A stretch of DNA of 30,531 nt from Candidatus Thorarchaeota archaeon (GTDB lineage: Archaea; Asgardarchaeota; Thorarchaeia; Thorarchaeales; Thorarchaeaceae): NCBI GenBank assembly GCA_003345595.1, contig PRDI01000122.1, positions 1 to 30,531 on the forward strand. The letters are read 5' to 3'. The position numbers and the translations under genes are program-made. Positions 26,698-30,531 of this stretch are shown here, one piece after another. Each line of letters starts with the position of its first letter. Position 1 is the stretch's first letter. Below the pieces are notes generated by a model, which was not told where the DNA came from, searched no databases, and was given only the letters and a program-made list of their open reading frames with translations.

Positions 26698-27471
26698 CTA
26701 GGCGCCGCTAGGACCTCTCCGTACCACTAGACACACAAGACCACCCAGCTGGGCGATACGTGCCCCACTCTTGTCGTCCTCGGGAAAAACGCGAACCTTC
26801 ACCCCTGCGTTACGAGCAAGATCCGTGATTCGCTGTAGCCGAGGACTGCTCTTCTGTGCGGCCCAGAACTTCTCAGTCATGAGTATGTGTTCAGGGACTC
26901 CGACAGAAAGGGGACCAGCCTTGGAAAATGCCCTGAAGAACCGGTCTATCTCCTCAAGCGAGTAGAGGACAGTGAAACGTCCAGTGTCATCAGCCAGTCT
27001 TGCATCGAGCAATTGGATCATGCTGTCCGATTCCTGCTCGATGACATTCGCGGCGACCGTCTGAAACGCCTGCGTCTTGACTAGGGTCCTAGCGGCATTG
27101 GCGGTGCTTGCGTCAGCAGTGATGCTCTCCATTCTAATGGAACGTACAAGATAGGCGTGATGCTTGCGTACATGAGCGACGAAGCTATCGGCTAGTGCGG
27201 TGCCGTTTCCAGAACTGGCAACTATGAGACTGCCCACGCCACCCGAGAATACGGGCTTCAGAGCGGCAATGATGGCGTTGAAGAAGTTGTAGCGGTCGCC
27301 ATCGCTGCCACCGTCGCGATCTCTGGGCCAGTCAATTGATGCCTGTTGTTTGATGGATTGGCTGTGCACGACCCAAAGGACTGCGCGATGGCTATCCAAT
27401 CCCACCAGTGCAGTGACAGCATATCCTCGCCGTGGACGCCCAAGACCACGGCTCCTACTTCGTCCGGGCAT
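26698..27471 (-). CDS. Pelota/eRF1-like protein (domains 2-3 only)
   Basis: ALVGLDSHRAVLWVV and FFNAIIAAL...LIVAS resemble the RNase H-like middle domain. VLYSLEEI...ILMTE...ARNAGVKVRVFPEDDKSGARIAQLGGLVCLV resembles the L7Ae-like C-domain of Pelota/aRF1. Confidence 0.7.
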   Translation of the reverse strand: MPGRSRSRGLGRPRRGYAVTALVGLDSHRAVLWVVHSQSIKQQASIDWPRDRDGGSDGDRYNFFNAIIAALKPVFSGGVGSLIVASSGNGTALADSFVAHVRKHHAYLVRSIRMESITADASTANAARTLVKTQAFQTVAANVIEQESDSMIQLLDARLADDTGRFTVLYSLEEIDRFFRAFSKAGPLSVGVPEHILMTEKFWAAQKSSPRLQRITDLARNAGVKVRVFPEDDKSGARIAQLGGLVCLVVRRGPSGA

Positions 27472-27510
27472 GACACTCTCACAACCTCGCCTGAGGAAAC
27501 AGACAAGACC

Positions 27511-27747
27511 TCATGTTCCCGGTTTCCCTGAGGACTGCCTAACAATAGCCCATACTCGGCCGACTTGTCCGTCCTTCAGCCGAACCTTTATGCCGCGAGG
27601 ATGGACGGAGGAGTTCGTAAGAATATCCTTGACGACGCCCCGGGTCAGCTTGCCTGTCGCTTGGTCCTTCTTGAGAATCACATCGACTACAAGACCCGGG
27701 TGGATGTTCTCCCGATGTGTTCCTGCATTATCGGTTTCTGTGTTCAT
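27511..27747 (-). CDS. ywbE: YwbE family protein (DUF2196)
   Basis: VDVILKKDQATGKLTRGVVKDILTNS..HPRGIKVRLKDGQVGRV signature. Confidence 0.92.
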   Translation of the reverse strand: MNTETDNAGTHRENIHPGLVVDVILKKDQATGKLTRGVVKDILTNSSVHPRGIKVRLKDGQVGRVWAIVRQSSGKPGT

Positions 27748-27847
27748 CTTGGCTCAGGGAAATCAACGTGTGGTTGTTAAACGTGTGCACTCGACCACCT
27801 CACAGAACTCTCTCACACCAACATCACGGAAGGCTCTGGGTATCCGA

Positions 27848-30064
27848 TTAGTGTCCTCTCACCTTCCTCAAGCGGATTTGCCAGATTGCGTAGGCAACTA
27901 TCGCAGCGATGATGCTGGCACTGAGGACAATGACCTCAACACGGCCCTCGAACAGTGATGGAGAAGATACCTCAATCGTGATCTGTGCAGTGCCAACACC
28001 TCCATCGTCATCCGTGACTGTAACATTCACCTTGTACAGCTTGGGTTCCGAGGAAAAGAATCGTCCTTCAGGGCCGCCGAAGGTCACAAGGGGGTTCCTC
28101 ACTGTGCTCGTTTCGGGAGTGGCTCCTGAGCCAAACTCCCAAGCATATGTGAAGGTGTCTTCTCCCGGATCCCCGTCATCGACACTCAAACCTACGGTGT
28201 CGCCCCCTTCGAGGGAGGTGTCTGCGTTGATTGTGGGAGATGGCTCTACATTCATAACCGTAATGTGACGTGACTCCACCTCGCTCAGGTATTCGCCATC
28301 CAAAGCCTGTACGCGGAGAAAGCCGTCGAAATCATCGGGGTATGCGTGAACTGCATTCCCAGAGAGCCAAGTTGTGTCCCAAGTCCCATCTCCATCGAAG
28401 TCCCACCTGAATGTAAGTGATTGACTCTCGGGGTCATAGAAACCGAAGTCGGAATCATCGAAGGCATGCTCTTGGCCTTCATCCAGTGTGAGCGGCGGAG
28501 GAATATAGAGCGTCCAAGGCGGCCTGTTTGTCAGCCCTCCTATCCTCAGTGAGGGGTCTCCGAAGAGTAGGAACTTCATTGGCTGATGATAACCAGCCAG
28601 AGTGAACCAATTACCTCCAGCCACCAAAGACGTTTCGCCCCTCCCAATTGGTCCTAGAGTGTCTTTATCTTCATCACAGTACCTAGTGGCCATCTGAGCC
28701 CACATTTCGCCTAGAGTGCACCCTTGCGCATATGACTGGTAGAAGAATGTGTCCAGGTATTTGGACCATACCTGTGCACCAGTGACACAGCCGATGTAGC
28801 CAATCGCCCCTTTCTGGAAATAGTAATTAAGCAGAACCTCTGCCATAGAGTCAATATAGTCGATCTGAAGACAGTCAGGGGGAGGCAGCGTGGGGTTGCC
28901 GACCACAGGCCACAATTCGCCTGCATAGATTCCGGTGTGACTTGTGCCGTATATGTCGACATAGGGTTCGTAAGGAGGCTCGTAGCAGAACTTCCCGGTC
29001 CCACACCCCGTGCTAAAGACAATCGGCATGAGCTCCTGTGGAGTTGTAATAGAGAAAGGTGACCATGCATAGAAACAGCTATCCCAACACTGGAAGTTGC
29101 CATGACCACCATAGTTCACGAAACAGAGCCCAGAGTGGAACTTGTCCAGAATTGCACTCTCTGTGGGAGAGCCGTTCGTCAGACTCGCAGCCAAGTCGTT
29201 GATGACCGGATCATAGTAACGTGTGATGTCGAATCCGGCCGGGTTGAGAACTGTCTCTGCAATGGTTTCCGACGCCCCAAGGAACTCCTCATCAAGACTG
29301 TCATCGGGGCTGTTCGGGACTATTAGCAGCGCATCGTTTCCTCCATCTTTGGCGGCTCCGTTCCACTCGTAGTCAATCACACGATCCACATATACCTGCA
29401 CTTCGCCAGCATCGGAAGCGGGTATTCTTCCCACAGCAAGGTCAGGAACCATGTCCAAGTGATCGACATTGATGAAATGGTCAGTGAACCATTCTCCGTA
29501 AAGCTCGCCATAGATATGATCGTCATCATAATCCCAAGATGAGAACTGTCCGGACTCGTCGTGCACATCAGCATAGTAGAGATCACACGCATAGTATGCT
29601 CCATATCCCCAGTTCATGGACGAGTCATTCTGTTCTCGGTCGGTCATGACATAACGGACTGGGAAGTGGTCCACATCACCCACCAGCAAGACATAGTCAG
29701 CATGTCCTGCTGCATGCCTCGCATAGATGCCGAGCTTGATATCCTCGGCTTCATCCCAACCTAGGAAATAGTCAGTGAAGTACTGCCAACTCCTCAGCTC
29801 CACGTTGTAGCCTGTGCGTTCCTTCCAGTCCACGAGAGGCGCTAGTGTTGACTCGAAATCCTCGTGTGTGATGATCAATAACCAAGGTTTGGCAGACTCA
29901 CTGGATTCCACAATCCGCGCACCATTCGAAAGAGCAGCCGGTACCGTTTCATCGATGCACCAACCAGAACGAATGGTGGGTGAGCATAATGTCATGGGAA
30001 CTTGAATGCCAGAAATCGTGACAACAAGAATTGTGACTACACAGAGAGAGGAAAGCTCACGCAA
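27848..30064 (-). CDS. Membrane-anchored C25 (gingipain-like) cysteine peptidase with PKD domains
   Basis: Signal peptide; YVLLVGD, DLYYAD and PDLAVGRIP; catalytic NYGGHG and STGCGTG; GAIGYIG and LLFGDPSL. Two PKD-like units (FRWDFDGDG, YAWEFGSG...VTDDDGG) and a C-terminal TM follow. Confidence 0.92.
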   Translation of the reverse strand: MRELSSLCVVTILVVTISGIQVPMTLCSPTIRSGWCIDETVPAALSNGARIVESSESAKPWLLIITHEDFESTLAPLVDWKERTGYNVELRSWQYFTDYFLGWDEAEDIKLGIYARHAAGHADYVLLVGDVDHFPVRYVMTDREQNDSSMNWGYGAYYACDLYYADVHDESGQFSSWDYDDDHIYGELYGEWFTDHFINVDHLDMVPDLAVGRIPASDAGEVQVYVDRVIDYEWNGAAKDGGNDALLIVPNSPDDSLDEEFLGASETIAETVLNPAGFDITRYYDPVINDLAASLTNGSPTESAILDKFHSGLCFVNYGGHGNFQCWDSCFYAWSPFSITTPQELMPIVFSTGCGTGKFCYEPPYEPYVDIYGTSHTGIYAGELWPVVGNPTLPPPDCLQIDYIDSMAEVLLNYYFQKGAIGYIGCVTGAQVWSKYLDTFFYQSYAQGCTLGEMWAQMATRYCDEDKDTLGPIGRGETSLVAGGNWFTLAGYHQPMKFLLFGDPSLRIGGLTNRPPWTLYIPPPLTLDEGQEHAFDDSDFGFYDPESQSLTFRWDFDGDGTWDTTWLSGNAVHAYPDDFDGFLRVQALDGEYLSEVESRHITVMNVEPSPTINADTSLEGGDTVGLSVDDGDPGEDTFTYAWEFGSGATPETSTVRNPLVTFGGPEGRFFSSEPKLYKVNVTVTDDDGGVGTAQITIEVSSPSLFEGRVEVIVLSASIIAAIVAYAIWQIRLRKVRGH

Positions 30065-30531
30065 ACTTCAATCGCCCTCCTATGCAAACATCTTGGACCA
30101 TTCCCTCACTTATGTATAAGCGTTATGAGACACAGAGAGCATTCGGCGCTGTGCCTATCTCTCACCATTCCTCAGAGGATTGATGGGTGGCGAAATGGAC
30201 GTTCTGTTTCTACTAACGACATCAGATACATGTGCCAGTTGATGCTCGCCACATACTCGAAGAACTGGCTCAGAAGCATCAGAAGCTGATTCGGGCTGGC
30301 AGGAGAACTATGTCAGACCGAGCATACACCACTCTTACCTGAACAATCTAGCGGAACCTGAGGATTATCGATTCCCCATTCGCACATGACTACACGCTTC
30401 TCATGACGCGTCCTCCACGCGGTACGAAAACGATTACACATTGGAGGGTTTATAGACCCGAAGGACATGCAGCAACTACAGCCCGCGTTGACCTCGTAGC
30501 GGGATTGATGATGTCAGGTGAGAGATTGTGG

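Noticed and set aside
27350-27958. 202-aa plus-strand ORF
   Set aside because: It is antisense to ywbE and overlaps two other supported genes.
30065-30531. Terminal region with broken short frames, TTTATA near 30447 and AGGTGA...TTG at the very end
   Set aside because: It may be the promoter and start of a gene beyond the window, or a decayed gene, but there is too little sequence to support a call.

Overview
Gene-dense archaeal window, most likely from an Asgard archaeon of the Thorarchaeia type. This is an inference from archaeal TATA-like promoters, a WOR5-type tungstoenzyme, an archaeal winged-helix regulator and the style of the repeat-rich surface proteins. It holds about 24 CDS and no rRNA, tRNA, CRISPR array or transposase that I can see. 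Housekeeping and accessory genes include an ABC-2 exporter, a transglutaminase-like protein, a VOC protein, an MFS transporter, msrA, ogt, PAP2- and ICMT-family membrane enzymes, an FAD oxidoreductase, a WOR5-like tungsten oxidoreductase pair and YwbE. These are interspersed with several large membrane-anchored surface proteins: an LVIVD/Ig-repeat protein, a gingipain-like C25 protease and two 'HDP/QDP-TM' proteins. The most interesting item is a two-gene locus at 3497-5615. It encodes a secreted protein with a caspase/CPD-like His-Cys domain fused to a hydrophobic C-terminal cargo, followed by an orphan membrane protein, which together resemble a self-processing toxin-immunity pair. Other items of note are a multi-TM pseudo-histidine kinase, a surface protein paired with a membrane-anchored HTH regulator, a truncated Pelota/eRF1-like protein, a CCG-domain gene remnant marking a rearrangement, and a probable ATA start codon. 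All family assignments are by eye from motifs; no database searches were run.
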